Source of the DNA: Candidatus Multivoradales bacterium
GTDB taxonomy: Bacteria; Acidobacteriota; Thermoanaerobaculia; Multivoradales; Multivoraceae
DNA length: 64,000 nucleotides
Assembly: GCA_965223325.1 (NCBI GenBank)
Contig: CBDCWI010000001.1
Span: forward strand, 928,001 to 992,000
Direction of reading: 5' to 3'
This document shows, one piece after another, positions 39,276-48,630 of this stretch. The translations under genes were made by a program, and so were the position numbers. The notes below the pieces were generated by a model. It ran no database searches. It saw nothing but the letters and a program-made list of their open reading frames with translations, and was not told the origin of the DNA. Position 1 is the stretch's first letter; each line of letters starts with the position of its first letter.

Positions 39276-41126
39276 ATGCCACAGGTCTACAGGGCGCTTC
39301 TGTCTGCCCTCATCCTCTTCGCTCTTGGTTCTTCGGGCCATGCACAGGTAGAGGGCGAACCGCTCGACATCTCTGAACGCATCACCGTCACGGCGACCGG
39401 CGACGACGCTATCGCGGATCACGTGCCCGTCGCGGTAACGGTCATCCCCCGCGATGAAATCGACAACGCCCAGGAAGAGTCGGTCGCAGATCTCATCCGA
39501 CGGGTCCCCGGCGTCACCGTCATGCGAAGTGGTGATGAAGGCGCGGCCGCTTCCTTCTTCCTTCGTGGCACCGAGTCGGACCACGTCCTGGCACTGTTCG
39601 ACGGCGTGCGGCTCAACTCGCCGTACTTCGGCGGCTACGACTGGTCCCTGCACTCGACCGCCGGGGCAGAGCGCATTGAAGTGGTGCGCGGCCCGTTCTC
39701 AGCACTCTGGGGAGCAGACGCGGCTGGCGGTGCGGTGAACGTGATTCCAGTGCGCGGCTCCCGGGAAAGCAGCCTGGCACTCCACGGCGCCGCCGGTGAG
39801 GGCGATTGGCGGAGGATCGAGGCGCGAGTGGGCTGGACGGATGAAAGCTGGGACCTCGCGGCATCGGGCTTCGACCGAGAGGGCCGAAGCGACGCGCCAA
39901 ATAGCGACTTCAGCAACCGGCAATTGCTCTTTCACGGCGGCTACGCCTGGAACGACGGCAACCGTGCCGCCTTCGTCTACCAGGACCTCGACGGCGCTCT
40001 CGGAGTCCCCTTCTCCGACCCAGTGACTCCGTCGCCCCGCCGGCGACAGGAAACGAGCGAGCGGCTGGCGGCTCTACCGCTGCACTTCGCACCCGCGGCG
40101 CGCTGGAACCTGGAGCTCGTGCCGTCGTTCGTCGAGCGCGAACTGTTCTTCAGCGACCCCGACGACACCTTCGGCTTCACCCGCAGCACGACCCTTGCGG
40201 ATACCGAATCGGCACGCCTTGTCAGTCGGCACGAGCTGCCCAGCGCCGGCGGTGCACACCAGATCAGTTGGGGTGCCGAGTGGCGCCGCGACGAGGTCTT
40301 CGCGCGCTCGAACTTCGGCGTCGATCTGAAGGGCAGCCGCTCCACCATCTCAGGCCTTTTCATGCAGGACCAGTGGCAACCGTCGACTCGTTGGACCCTC
40401 CTCGCCGGCGCGCGCTACGACGACGCCAGCGAGTTCGGTTCGCAGTTCTCTCCGCGGGTGGCGCTGGGCTACCAGGCGACCGACCGGGTCACGCTGCGCG
40501 CCAGTTACGGCCGCGCTTTCCGGCAACCCTCGATTGGTGAGCTCTTCTTCCCTGGCTCGGGCAATCCACAACTCTCGGCCGAGCACTCCGAGTCGGCCGA
40601 AGTCGGCATGACCTGGAGAACCGGCAAGGCGCGGCTGGAGCTGGCGGTCTTCAGAAGCGAAACCGACGACATGATCAACTTCGAGTTCACCTCCTTCTCG
40701 TTCGCCAACATCGATTCCGCCGAGGTGAGTGGGGCCGAGCTGAGTTGGAGTCTTCCGATCACGAAAGACGTCTCTTCGACTCTCGGCGCCACCTGGCTCG
40801 ACAGTGAAGACCAGAACGGACAGCCCCTCTTGCGGCGTCCCGAATGGGGCGCCTCCTGGACTCTCAGAGGGCGGTTCGGCAGCCGCGTGCGGGCTGACCT
40901 GTCGGCGATCTTCGTTGGCTCACGCGACGACGTCGACGCGCTCACCTTCGGCCGCGTTCGGTCACCCAGTCATACGGCCGCGAACGTCGCCATCGCCTAC
41001 CGTCTCGGCGGCGCCTTCGCGCTCACCGCGCGCGCCACCAACCTCCTCGATCGCGGCTACCAGGAGGTCAACGGGTTCCCTGCTCCCGGTCGTCGACTGA
41101 TCGGAGGAATTCGGTGGTCGGGGTGA
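39276..41126 (+). CDS. btuB: TonB-dependent receptor, probable cobalamin transporter
   Basis: Plug motifs (FLRGTESDHVLALFDG, ERIEVVRGPFSALWG), beta-barrel, NLLDRGY; controlled by the riboswitch. Confidence 0.88.
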   Translation: MPQVYRALLSALILFALGSSGHAQVEGEPLDISERITVTATGDDAIADHVPVAVTVIPRDEIDNAQEESVADLIRRVPGVTVMRSGDEGAAASFFLRGTESDHVLALFDGVRLNSPYFGGYDWSLHSTAGAERIEVVRGPFSALWGADAAGGAVNVIPVRGSRESSLALHGAAGEGDWRRIEARVGWTDESWDLAASGFDREGRSDAPNSDFSNRQLLFHGGYAWNDGNRAAFVYQDLDGALGVPFSDPVTPSPRRRQETSERLAALPLHFAPAARWNLELVPSFVERELFFSDPDDTFGFTRSTTLADTESARLVSRHELPSAGGAHQISWGAEWRRDEVFARSNFGVDLKGSRSTISGLFMQDQWQPSTRWTLLAGARYDDASEFGSQFSPRVALGYQATDRVTLRASYGRAFRQPSIGELFFPGSGNPQLSAEHSESAEVGMTWRTGKARLELAVFRSETDDMINFEFTSFSFANIDSAEVSGAELSWSLPITKDVSSTLGATWLDSEDQNGQPLLRRPEWGASWTLRGRFGSRVRADLSAIFVGSRDDVDALTFGRVRSPSHTAANVAIAYRLGGAFALTARATNLLDRGYQEVNGFPAPGRRLIGGIRWSG

Positions 41127-41141
41127 GCGATGTTTCTTACC

Positions 41142-41954
41142 TCACGGGGGCCGGCGCCGCGCCCATTCGACCGTCGGTGTGACCCACGCGTCGAGCGGTG
41201 CGTAGATCAGGCCATGGCCGTTGCCAACGTCGAGGACGATCTCGTGCCCTTCGGTGAGTCCGTAGGCTTGCGACAGGGTGAACGCCCGGGCGCACGACCC
41301 GGCGCTTACGGTGTCTTCGAAGTCACGCATCGCCAACACGCGACCGTGCAGGGTGACCTCGCTTTCGAGCATGAAGTCGACAGTGTTGGGGTGACAGCCG
41401 GCGAGCAGGACATAGCGCACTTCGGGATCGCTCACGCGATGGGAAACCCATGACGCGATGAAGGCACCCTTCGAGGCGCCCACGACAGTGAGATTGGCGC
41501 CCGGAACGCCTGCAGCGAGCAGTTCTTCGACCTGCGCAGCAAAGCGCTCGCCGTATTCGATCGCATCGGCGTCGGTCGAGCGCTGCTCGGCGATCACCCG
41601 AAAGCCCCTGGCCGCCAGCGCCTCGAGAATGGCGGCGTACTGGTACTCACCGTAGAGCTCGCTGACGGCTGGCAAGCCCTGGTCTTCGATGATCCTGCCG
41701 TGGATGTAGAAAAGGTAGTGCTCGCGCGGATCAATCTCCGACGGAAAGGCAAAGCGCGTCGTGAGCTCCTCCGCAGTGAGCAGCTCGCCGGCGGCGCGCG
41801 ACGCAGCCACTTCGGCGACGGGTCCAGCCGGTTCGATCAGCACACGTGACGCGTAGATCAGCGCACCGACGATCGCCAGCGCGAACCCGACCGGAAGGAA
41901 GGCGAGCAGGAGTCGACCCAGTGCCGGGGGCCCAGGTGCCGGATTGTGAGCCAT
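41142..41954 (-). CDS. Membrane-anchored alpha/beta hydrolase-fold protein
   Basis: N-terminal TM; LFYIHG, VVGASKG (nucleophile elbow), GHGL. Confidence 0.7.
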   Translation of the reverse strand: MAHNPAPGPPALGRLLLAFLPVGFALAIVGALIYASRVLIEPAGPVAEVAASRAAGELLTAEELTTRFAFPSEIDPREHYLFYIHGRIIEDQGLPAVSELYGEYQYAAILEALAARGFRVIAEQRSTDADAIEYGERFAAQVEELLAAGVPGANLTVVGASKGAFIASWVSHRVSDPEVRYVLLAGCHPNTVDFMLESEVTLHGRVLAMRDFEDTVSAGSCARAFTLSQAYGLTEGHEIVLDVGNGHGLIYAPLDAWVTPTVEWARRRPP

Positions 41955-42000
41955 GCGCCGAACCCTATCCCGATCGGCATCCCGCACAGAACCGCCCACA

Positions 42001-42019
42001 CAGTCGGGGGGACTTTCCC
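42001..42019 (+). repeat. 19-bp REP-like repeat, copy 1
   Basis: CAGTCGGGGGGACTTTCCC, the exact reverse complement of 43264-43282. Confidence 0.85.
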
Positions 42020-42215
42020 AAGCCGTGGCGGCGGTGCGCGTGCTGCCGCGCCCCTCGGCACCTCCTGGGCCCGCATCCCACCCCTTTTCCGCCCTCCGAA
42101 CCCCTCCGCCAGCGGCCCGCCACCGCCTTTCACGCCCGCCAAACGCAGCTCCGCCAGGCCCGCGCCACCGCGGGCCGACTGGGCGCCCTGTCGCCGGCTC
42201 AGCTAGCGCGCTGAA

Positions 42216-43175
42216 TCAAGGGCCGGCCCTCAGTGCCTGGACCGTCTCGAAGGGTCGCGGGCTCGGAAACGTCCCCTCAGGGAACTTCACGCCGAGTTCT
42301 CCCTCACGCTGACGGTCCCGCGCCAGCCGGTGCGCCCTCCACACCCAGTCAAAAGCAGCCAGCAACCGCTGCTGCTCGTCCTCATTGCTGGCAATGACCA
42401 GCGGACAGGGCCCCAGTGCCATTGCCTTGGGAGTCCTGAAGGGGCTCAATCGAAGGAGCTTCCACTGGCCCTTCGGCTTCGTACCTTCCCGTTGGTGACG
42501 CGCTCGCGTTTCCCGTTCGATGTCGCGAATCATCTCGCGCACCCACTCGCAGTAGTCCTCGTCACTCAGGTGGTCAAAGCCCGGGAGCTTCGAAATCACC
42601 ACCGTTTCCTTCTTCGTGAAGCCCTTCTTCGTCAGGTGACGCCCCGCCTTCGTACGCTTGGCCCGGCAATAGGCCGTGTGGTCGACCCACTCGCCCTCGA
42701 GCTCGAACTTCCCTTCCCACAAGGCCCGCGCGACGGTGACCCCAGGCCACTTGAGAGGTGAAGACACCAGGCCCGCCGCACAGCCCTGCGCCAGGACGTA
42801 GCGGAAACGCTTCGACGTATCGGCAGGGTCGCGCCCGATAAAGGACGGTTTGTAGGGCGTTTCCCACTTCGGGCCCTTCCAGCCATGGCGAATGCGGATC
42901 TCGACACTCGTCTGCTGCTGGACGCGGTACATGAAGTCCGCCAGCTGCTGGGCGTCTCGTGCACCGACCAGGAAATGGTGGTGGTTGACCTGATAGTCGA
43001 CGGCGTAGATGGGGATCTCGGTCTTGCGCTGTGCGCGGCCGATGATGCCGTTCATGTGTGATCGCTGCTCAGAGTCGGGCTTGAGCAGGAAGGTTCCGTT
43101 GGTCATGCGGGCGGTCAGCATGACTGGTTCCGGCCCGCTGTCGGTCGTTGGTACGTATCTCGGTTTTGCTCCCAT
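42216..43175 (-). mobile_element. Y1 HUH transposase, REP-associated tyrosine transposase (RAYT)-like
   Basis: N-terminal LTAR, NHHHFLV HUH motif, LADFM, RYV..Q...AGLV...KWP helix carrying the catalytic Tyr; flanked by short inverted repeats. Confidence 0.8.
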
Positions 43176-43263
43176 ATGACATGGGACGCAGAACGCCTGC
43201 GCAGCCTTGCAGCGAGGCCAAACCGGGCCGAATTACGAGGTTTCGCGAACCGTGACTGGGGTC

Positions 43264-43339
43264 GGGAAAGTCCCCCCGACTGGCTGCGGGGGCGGGCGGG
43301 CGCGGCCCCCGCGTTGGGGTGGGAAAGTCCCCCCGATTG
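43264..43339 (-). repeat. Two tandem copies of the 19-bp REP-like repeat separated by a GC hairpin
   Basis: GGGAAAGTCCCCCCGACTG (43264-43282) and GGGAAAGTCCCCCCGATTG (43321-43339). Confidence 0.85.
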
Positions 43340-43346
43340 GGGGGAT

Positions 43347-44081
43347 TCAGCGTTGGGCAGCGGCTTCGAAGGTCGCCAACATCGCGGCTTCGGTCGGCGG
43401 CTCGGAGACGGCGAAGGACATGGGGTACCTCGTTTCGGCGATCTGCTGTTCCGCCCCGGCGTAGTCGTAGGGAGTGTGCCGTAGTTCGACTCCGGCGGCG
43501 CTGAGTAGGGCCCAGTAGGCGCCCGGCTCGCCGAATGGCATGCCGACGCTACCGGCGTTGACGACCCGTGTTCTTCCGACCTGGCGATCGAACTGCATGT
43601 GGGTGTGACCGCAAACCACCACTGACGCTTCCGCCGCATCGAAGATCGGCTGGAGGCGCGCCGCGTCGGTCAGGCGGGTGAAGATCTCGTTGTCATCACG
43701 TGGCGTGGCATGGCAGAAGAGCACCTCGCCAAGCTCAGGTACCGAGTCGCGAACTGTCGCCGGCCAGCGCGCGATGTGAGCCAGCTGCTCGGCCGTCAAC
43801 TGCTCATGCACCCACTCCATGATCGGGTGAAACTGCTTCGGCACACGTACCAGCTCCTCGCCACGCTCGACCACCAGGGTTTCGGTCTCGCCGTTGCCGA
43901 ACAGGTACGCGACCGGTAGGTCGAGGCTGTTCAATCTGTCGAGACAGTCGCCGGGCATTGGGCCCGGCAGCACGTCGCCGCCGACGACGATCTTCTCGAC
44001 GCCCTCGCTTTCGAGGGCCTCGAGGACGGCGTCGAGTGCCGGCAAGTTGCCATGAATGTCGTTGAGCGCCGCGATGCGCAT
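43347..44081 (-). CDS. Metallophosphoesterase (calcineurin-like)
   Basis: DIHGN, GGD, GNGE, CHATP, CGHTH, NAGSVG. Confidence 0.92.
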   Translation of the reverse strand: MRIAALNDIHGNLPALDAVLEALESEGVEKIVVGGDVLPGPMPGDCLDRLNSLDLPVAYLFGNGETETLVVERGEELVRVPKQFHPIMEWVHEQLTAEQLAHIARWPATVRDSVPELGEVLFCHATPRDDNEIFTRLTDAARLQPIFDAAEASVVVCGHTHMQFDRQVGRTRVVNAGSVGMPFGEPGAYWALLSAAGVELRHTPYDYAGAEQQIAETRYPMSFAVSEPPTEAAMLATFEAAAQR

Positions 44082-44156
44082 GGTCGCACTGACCTCCAGC
44101 CAGGAGCCTGAAAGGTTATCTGCTTTCGGACACCTCGCGATGACCCGGCACGAAGC

Positions 44157-45512
44157 TCAACCCTGGGTGCGTGACCAGGCGTTGATCGTCCCACTTTCGA
44201 AACTGTCCTCGAAAATCGGCGCCGGTGTGGTGTCGACGGGCAGGTCGACTCCCTCGACAATGCCAAGCGGCTCGTAGTCGTGGTATCCGGGGAAGACCTC
44301 TCCCAACCGCGGGTTGCACAGTCTTCGAATAAGCACTTCGGAGAGCACTCTGCGATAGTCGGTAGTAACGGCCAGATCCGTCCCGACCCAGAGCTGCTCC
44401 GCCGCGATGCCCGGCCAGCTACCGTGTACGCCGCCGATCGCCGAGCCGCCGAGAACGAACATGCAGTTGCCGTAACCATGTTCAGTGCCGCCGGCCGAGT
44501 TCTCTCGCAGCTCGCGCCCGAACTCACTCATCACAACGACCGTCGTGCGGTCGAGCGGCGAGTCGCCACCGCCAGTATCGAGGTCGGTCAGAAGAGCGGC
44601 GAGACCGGTCGTCAGGTTCTCGAAGAGTGTCGCGAATGGACCGCTCACCCCGCCGAGTCCGTCGTGATGATCCCAGCCTCCGAGGTCGACGGTCGCCACC
44701 TGCAAACCGAGATCGAGCTTGACCATCTGCGCCAGAAGCTGCAGATGGTTCCCGAAGTCGCTTGACGGATACGAGGCACCGTTGGCCGGGGTGTAACCAT
44801 TGGCTGCGGTGCTTGCCACCAGGTCGAGGGCCGCGAGCGAGTTCCTACCGGCACGATGCAACTCTGTCTCCCCCGACGAGTAGATCTGCTCGAGCGCACT
44901 CTGCTGCGCCGCGAGCCACGCCTGCGGGCCGTCGTTGAGATTGAACGACTGGGGTTCGGCGAGGTTGAGAGTCGAAAGGTCGGAGATCAACGACCCGGGC
45001 TGGAGAGCACCAATGGCCAGCGAGCGCAGCTCCGGGTCGACCGGCAGATTCCCGGCGCTCGCCAGATGGCGCGCCAACCAGCCCGAACCGCGCCCAGCAC
45101 TTTCGGGAAGCGCTGCTTCCATGCGTGCCATCGCATCGAAGTGCGACTTGTTGTCGGTCTCCTGGCCGGCGGCGAGCACGACACCCATGCGACCGTCGAG
45201 GTAGTGCTCGTGAAGTGCCGCAGCCACCGGATGCAGGCCAAAGCGCTCATCGAGAGCGAGTGCCCCGTCGGTGCCGCCAGCCGGAATGGCGATTGACGGA
45301 CGCAGCGCCTCGTAGTGCCCGCGATCACTTCCCGCAAGCGGACAAACGGCGTGACAGCCGTCCATTCCACCCCGTAGGAAAATGACGACCAGGGTCTCGC
45401 GGTTGGTGGTACCCGGATCGGCGAAGGTCAGGCTTCGGAAATGGGAACCAGCAAGGGCGGCGATGGCAGCTGAGCAACCGGTCAAGAACTGGCGGCGATC
45501 GATTGAAGTCAT
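44157..45512 (-). CDS. DUF1501 family protein with Tat signal
   Basis: DRRQFL; IFLRGGMDG, SHFDA, GGWDHH, SEFGR, GTEHG; C-terminal IFEDSFESG tail. Confidence 0.88.
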   Translation of the reverse strand: MTSIDRRQFLTGCSAAIAALAGSHFRSLTFADPGTTNRETLVVIFLRGGMDGCHAVCPLAGSDRGHYEALRPSIAIPAGGTDGALALDERFGLHPVAAALHEHYLDGRMGVVLAAGQETDNKSHFDAMARMEAALPESAGRGSGWLARHLASAGNLPVDPELRSLAIGALQPGSLISDLSTLNLAEPQSFNLNDGPQAWLAAQQSALEQIYSSGETELHRAGRNSLAALDLVASTAANGYTPANGASYPSSDFGNHLQLLAQMVKLDLGLQVATVDLGGWDHHDGLGGVSGPFATLFENLTTGLAALLTDLDTGGGDSPLDRTTVVVMSEFGRELRENSAGGTEHGYGNCMFVLGGSAIGGVHGSWPGIAAEQLWVGTDLAVTTDYRRVLSEVLIRRLCNPRLGEVFPGYHDYEPLGIVEGVDLPVDTTPAPIFEDSFESGTINAWSRTQG

Positions 45513-45523
45513 GCTTACAGGCC

Positions 45524-47098
45524 CTACTTGCAGAGAAAAGTGGGAGTCATGAGAAGAAGTCCAATCGCAGCGCGCAGACGGGCGGAATCGGCTGAGCTCT
45601 CGCTCGAAAGATCCAACGGCGCACTGGCTGGGGCGCCGTTGGCCAGGAACTCGACGATCGGAGTGCGCTCGTTATCAGGCAGCGCCCGCCCAAAGATGCG
45701 ATCAATCCAGAAGTCGATCGCCTCAGACGCCGAGGACGAATCAGGCGTTTGCCCCCAGAGATCCGTCATGTAGCGCGGCGCGCCCTCCGCGGCCCGCACA
45801 TTGACCAGCCAGTTCAGAAGCCGCCAGCCAAACACCTGCGGCGAGGTCGTCGTCCAGGCTTCCTTGCGATCAGGGTAACCATCCGGCGGGTGCCACTCGA
45901 ACGGAAAGTTGCCCGCCAACTCGACGCGCTCATAGAGGTCACCCTTGAACCACCAGTTGGCATCGAACGGAACGTCAGCCTGGGTGGCGCGCAACGCACT
46001 TACGGCAAGCTGGAAGGGTCGCTTCACCTTTTCGCCCCAGGTCGACCGGAAGGCCTGCGACAGAATGATCGTGCGCAGCGTGAGCGCGATCTGATCCGGC
46101 GAGTCGACGTGCGCTCTCCAGGTCGCCGCTGCTTGATTCACGACCTCGTCCGGCGGGTCGTCGGCGATCAAACGACGGCAGAGTTTGGTGGCAATGAAAC
46201 GCGCTGTCGCCGGATGCTCCGCCAACATGTCGAGCAGGATCTGACCGTCGCTCTCGTCACGCGCAGTGAGTAGCCGCCCCATGAACAACTTGTCGTTGTC
46301 GGTGTCGTGAAGTTCATGACGGTAGAGGAAATGGCCGGTGTTGCCGATCTCTTCGTTTCCCGGTGAGTCGGAGATGATCCACCCCGACAGGCAGCGCGCG
46401 GCGACCGTCACGTCGTCATCGGTGTAGCCCACGGCGATGCCGTCGTTTCCTTTCGGCACCTGGTCGGCTGGGGTCGAGACGAAGAACGCCTCGGCGCCGA
46501 GGGCGTGCAGCTCGAGCAGCTCGCGCGAGAAGTTCTCATTCAGCCCGTCGTTCTCGCGCCAGGTCTGATAGCGGTTTCGGTTCTGGTCGAGGTACCACAT
46601 CATCGCCGGGCTCTTGGTCACCGCCTCGAGCATGACGCGGAAGTTACCGAACACCTCCGGCCTCAGAACATCGCGGTCGTAGTGCAGAAAGAGCGGCCGC
46701 GCCTCGTCGGAGTAGACCGAGAAATGGTTGTGCCAGAACTCGACCATCACTTCCTGCAACTGGCGTTGGGAGTAGATCGCCCGCAGAAACGTCAGGTCAC
46801 GGGTCTCGAAGAGCGGCTGGAAAAGAACCGTCCAATGACCGGGGTTGACGTGGTGCTCCTCCCAGAGCTGGTCGAAGGGTTTGTTGATGGTCTCGAACCC
46901 GGCTTCGGCGACCTTCTGATCGACTGCCGGGTCGGCCATGCTTTCGGGCGCCAGCTGCTGGTCGAGCCACGCCGACAGGCGCGCGCCGTCGTCGGACGCG
47001 AGGGCTCGAAACGCAGCGAGGTCGCCAGGGCCGGGCCCGAAAGCGAGTCGGTTGTAGACAAGGACGGCGAGCTCTGGGGTGACCGCGGACTCTCCCAT
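45524..47098 (-). CDS. DUF1800 family protein
   Basis: RLAFGP, EFWHNHFS, YLD, NENFSRELLELH, HPATARFIATKL, PPDGYPD. Confidence 0.88.
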   Translation of the reverse strand: MGESAVTPELAVLVYNRLAFGPGPGDLAAFRALASDDGARLSAWLDQQLAPESMADPAVDQKVAEAGFETINKPFDQLWEEHHVNPGHWTVLFQPLFETRDLTFLRAIYSQRQLQEVMVEFWHNHFSVYSDEARPLFLHYDRDVLRPEVFGNFRVMLEAVTKSPAMMWYLDQNRNRYQTWRENDGLNENFSRELLELHALGAEAFFVSTPADQVPKGNDGIAVGYTDDDVTVAARCLSGWIISDSPGNEEIGNTGHFLYRHELHDTDNDKLFMGRLLTARDESDGQILLDMLAEHPATARFIATKLCRRLIADDPPDEVVNQAAATWRAHVDSPDQIALTLRTIILSQAFRSTWGEKVKRPFQLAVSALRATQADVPFDANWWFKGDLYERVELAGNFPFEWHPPDGYPDRKEAWTTTSPQVFGWRLLNWLVNVRAAEGAPRYMTDLWGQTPDSSSASEAIDFWIDRIFGRALPDNERTPIVEFLANGAPASAPLDLSSESSADSARLRAAIGLLLMTPTFLCK

Positions 47099-47352
47099 GA
47101 AAGAGGCTCCTCGAGAAACAAATAGAAAAATAGGACTCGGCAAATATAACCCAAGACGAGGCCCCTCTGCTGAGGGCCCACTTTGCGAAGCACGATGCGC
47201 ACAACCGATGCGTTGCTATTCTCGGCCTCCATCCCGGGCCGCGGGTCCCTCCGGGCGAGAAGAATCCCCGTTTCGCATCCCTCCGGCGTCTCGCCCCTCC
47301 TGACGCCACCCACCCGCAACCACAAGATATTTCATGAATTCCTCCGATTGCC

Positions 47353-48630
47353 GTGGCCGATAGAACGTCTCGTTCGCCGCAACCAAATCACCAGGCCCTC
47401 CTGCACTCCGCTTGGTTCTGGGCGCTTTTGACCCTGGTCCTCGGCGCCGCGCTGGTGATCGCCAGCGGCGCGCTGGCCGGCGACGCTTCGCCGGACTACC
47501 AGTCGTTCTATGAACCCGCAGCGCGCGCCATCCTCGCCGGCGACGCCTACCGGGTCGACGGGGCGCCCGCGGTGCGCTACCCACCTGGCTTTCCGGTCCT
47601 ACTCGCCCTCGAGTTCGGTCTCGCCGAGGCGGTCGGCGTCAGCGAGCGCACGGTCGTGCTCCTGGTCCAGGTGCTCTGCTGGGCGCTGTCTGTCTTTCTG
47701 GTCGTACGGCTCGCGGGCTCATTCGGTGCTGGGCGCCTCGCGGGCCTGGCCGTGGTCACCTGGTTCCCGACCTGGTTGCTGCTGCGTATGCCTGGGAGTG
47801 AAGTGCCCTTTCTGCTCATGTTCTGGGTCACCATCTCAATCGTGTGGAAGGGAACCCAGAAGGGAAGAACAACCAAACGTGCCTTCGCCCTGGCTCTTCT
47901 AGCGGGCGCTGCCGGTGGGCTGGCAGCTCTCGTTCGCCCCATTGCCTTTCTGTGGTGCCTGCCACTGGCAATCGTCGTTTGGCGTTGGCCGCTTCCCAGA
48001 CTGCGGCTACGTGCCGGCGCGGTCGCGCTCCTGGTCGCCGGCACCCTCCTGGCGATCGCACCGTGGCAATTCTGGATGGCAAAGGAGGCCGATGTGCACG
48101 GCCCCCTCAGTAGCGGCGGGCGACTCTCGGTGCTCGACGGCTTGACGATCGGGGTCAAACCGTGGCTCACCGGCGATGAGATGCCAATCCCGAGCGACGT
48201 GCGCGCCCTGATGCAGCGGGTCGACGACGCCCGCGGCGAGTTCAGCGGTACCGGCGATGTGGTGCGCTTCATGCTCGCCGAGGCCGCCCGCCACCCTCTG
48301 CCGGTGGTCAAGATCACGCTACTGAAGGCTGCTCGTTCCTGGTTCGCGGTCGACTCACAACGCCGCGAGCCGCTGCTGCTTCTCTACCAGCTCCCCTACG
48401 TCGTCATCTTCGGGATCGCCCTCGCCCTGGGGCTGCGCTCGGAGAACCGACGCATTCGTGACCTCGCAGTTCTCGCTTCAGGGTCGACCCTCTACTTCTG
48501 GATCATGACCACCGGGGTGCTCTCGATCCTTCGTTACATGGTGCCACCCATCGGTCTCTTGCTCTTGTTGTCGGCGGTCGTTTGGAACGATCGCCTGGAG
48601 CGACGGCACGAAGGAGCAGCTGGTCTCTAG
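47353..48630 (+). CDS. Multi-pass membrane protein, GT-C (ArnT/PMT-like) glycosyltransferase
   Basis: About 10 TM segments; SPDY..FY, RYPPGFP, SEVPF, LVRP, RYMVP. Confidence 0.7.
   Translation: MADRTSRSPQPNHQALLHSAWFWALLTLVLGAALVIASGALAGDASPDYQSFYEPAARAILAGDAYRVDGAPAVRYPPGFPVLLALEFGLAEAVGVSERTVVLLVQVLCWALSVFLVVRLAGSFGAGRLAGLAVVTWFPTWLLLRMPGSEVPFLLMFWVTISIVWKGTQKGRTTKRAFALALLAGAAGGLAALVRPIAFLWCLPLAIVVWRWPLPRLRLRAGAVALLVAGTLLAIAPWQFWMAKEADVHGPLSSGGRLSVLDGLTIGVKPWLTGDEMPIPSDVRALMQRVDDARGEFSGTGDVVRFMLAEAARHPLPVVKITLLKAARSWFAVDSQRREPLLLLYQLPYVVIFGIALALGLRSENRRIRDLAVLASGSTLYFWIMTTGVLSILRYMVPPIGLLLLLSAVVWNDRLERRHEGAAGL

Noticed and set aside
42050-42200. C-rich strand-biased tract, a possible G-quadruplex on the minus strand
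   Set aside because: The G-runs are irregular and nothing separates this from low-complexity flank of the transposase.
43264-43339. CRISPR mini-array or RNase P RNA fragment (GGAAAGTCC)
   Set aside because: Only two 19-bp tandem copies, a third inverted copy across a transposase, no cas genes and no other RNase P elements.
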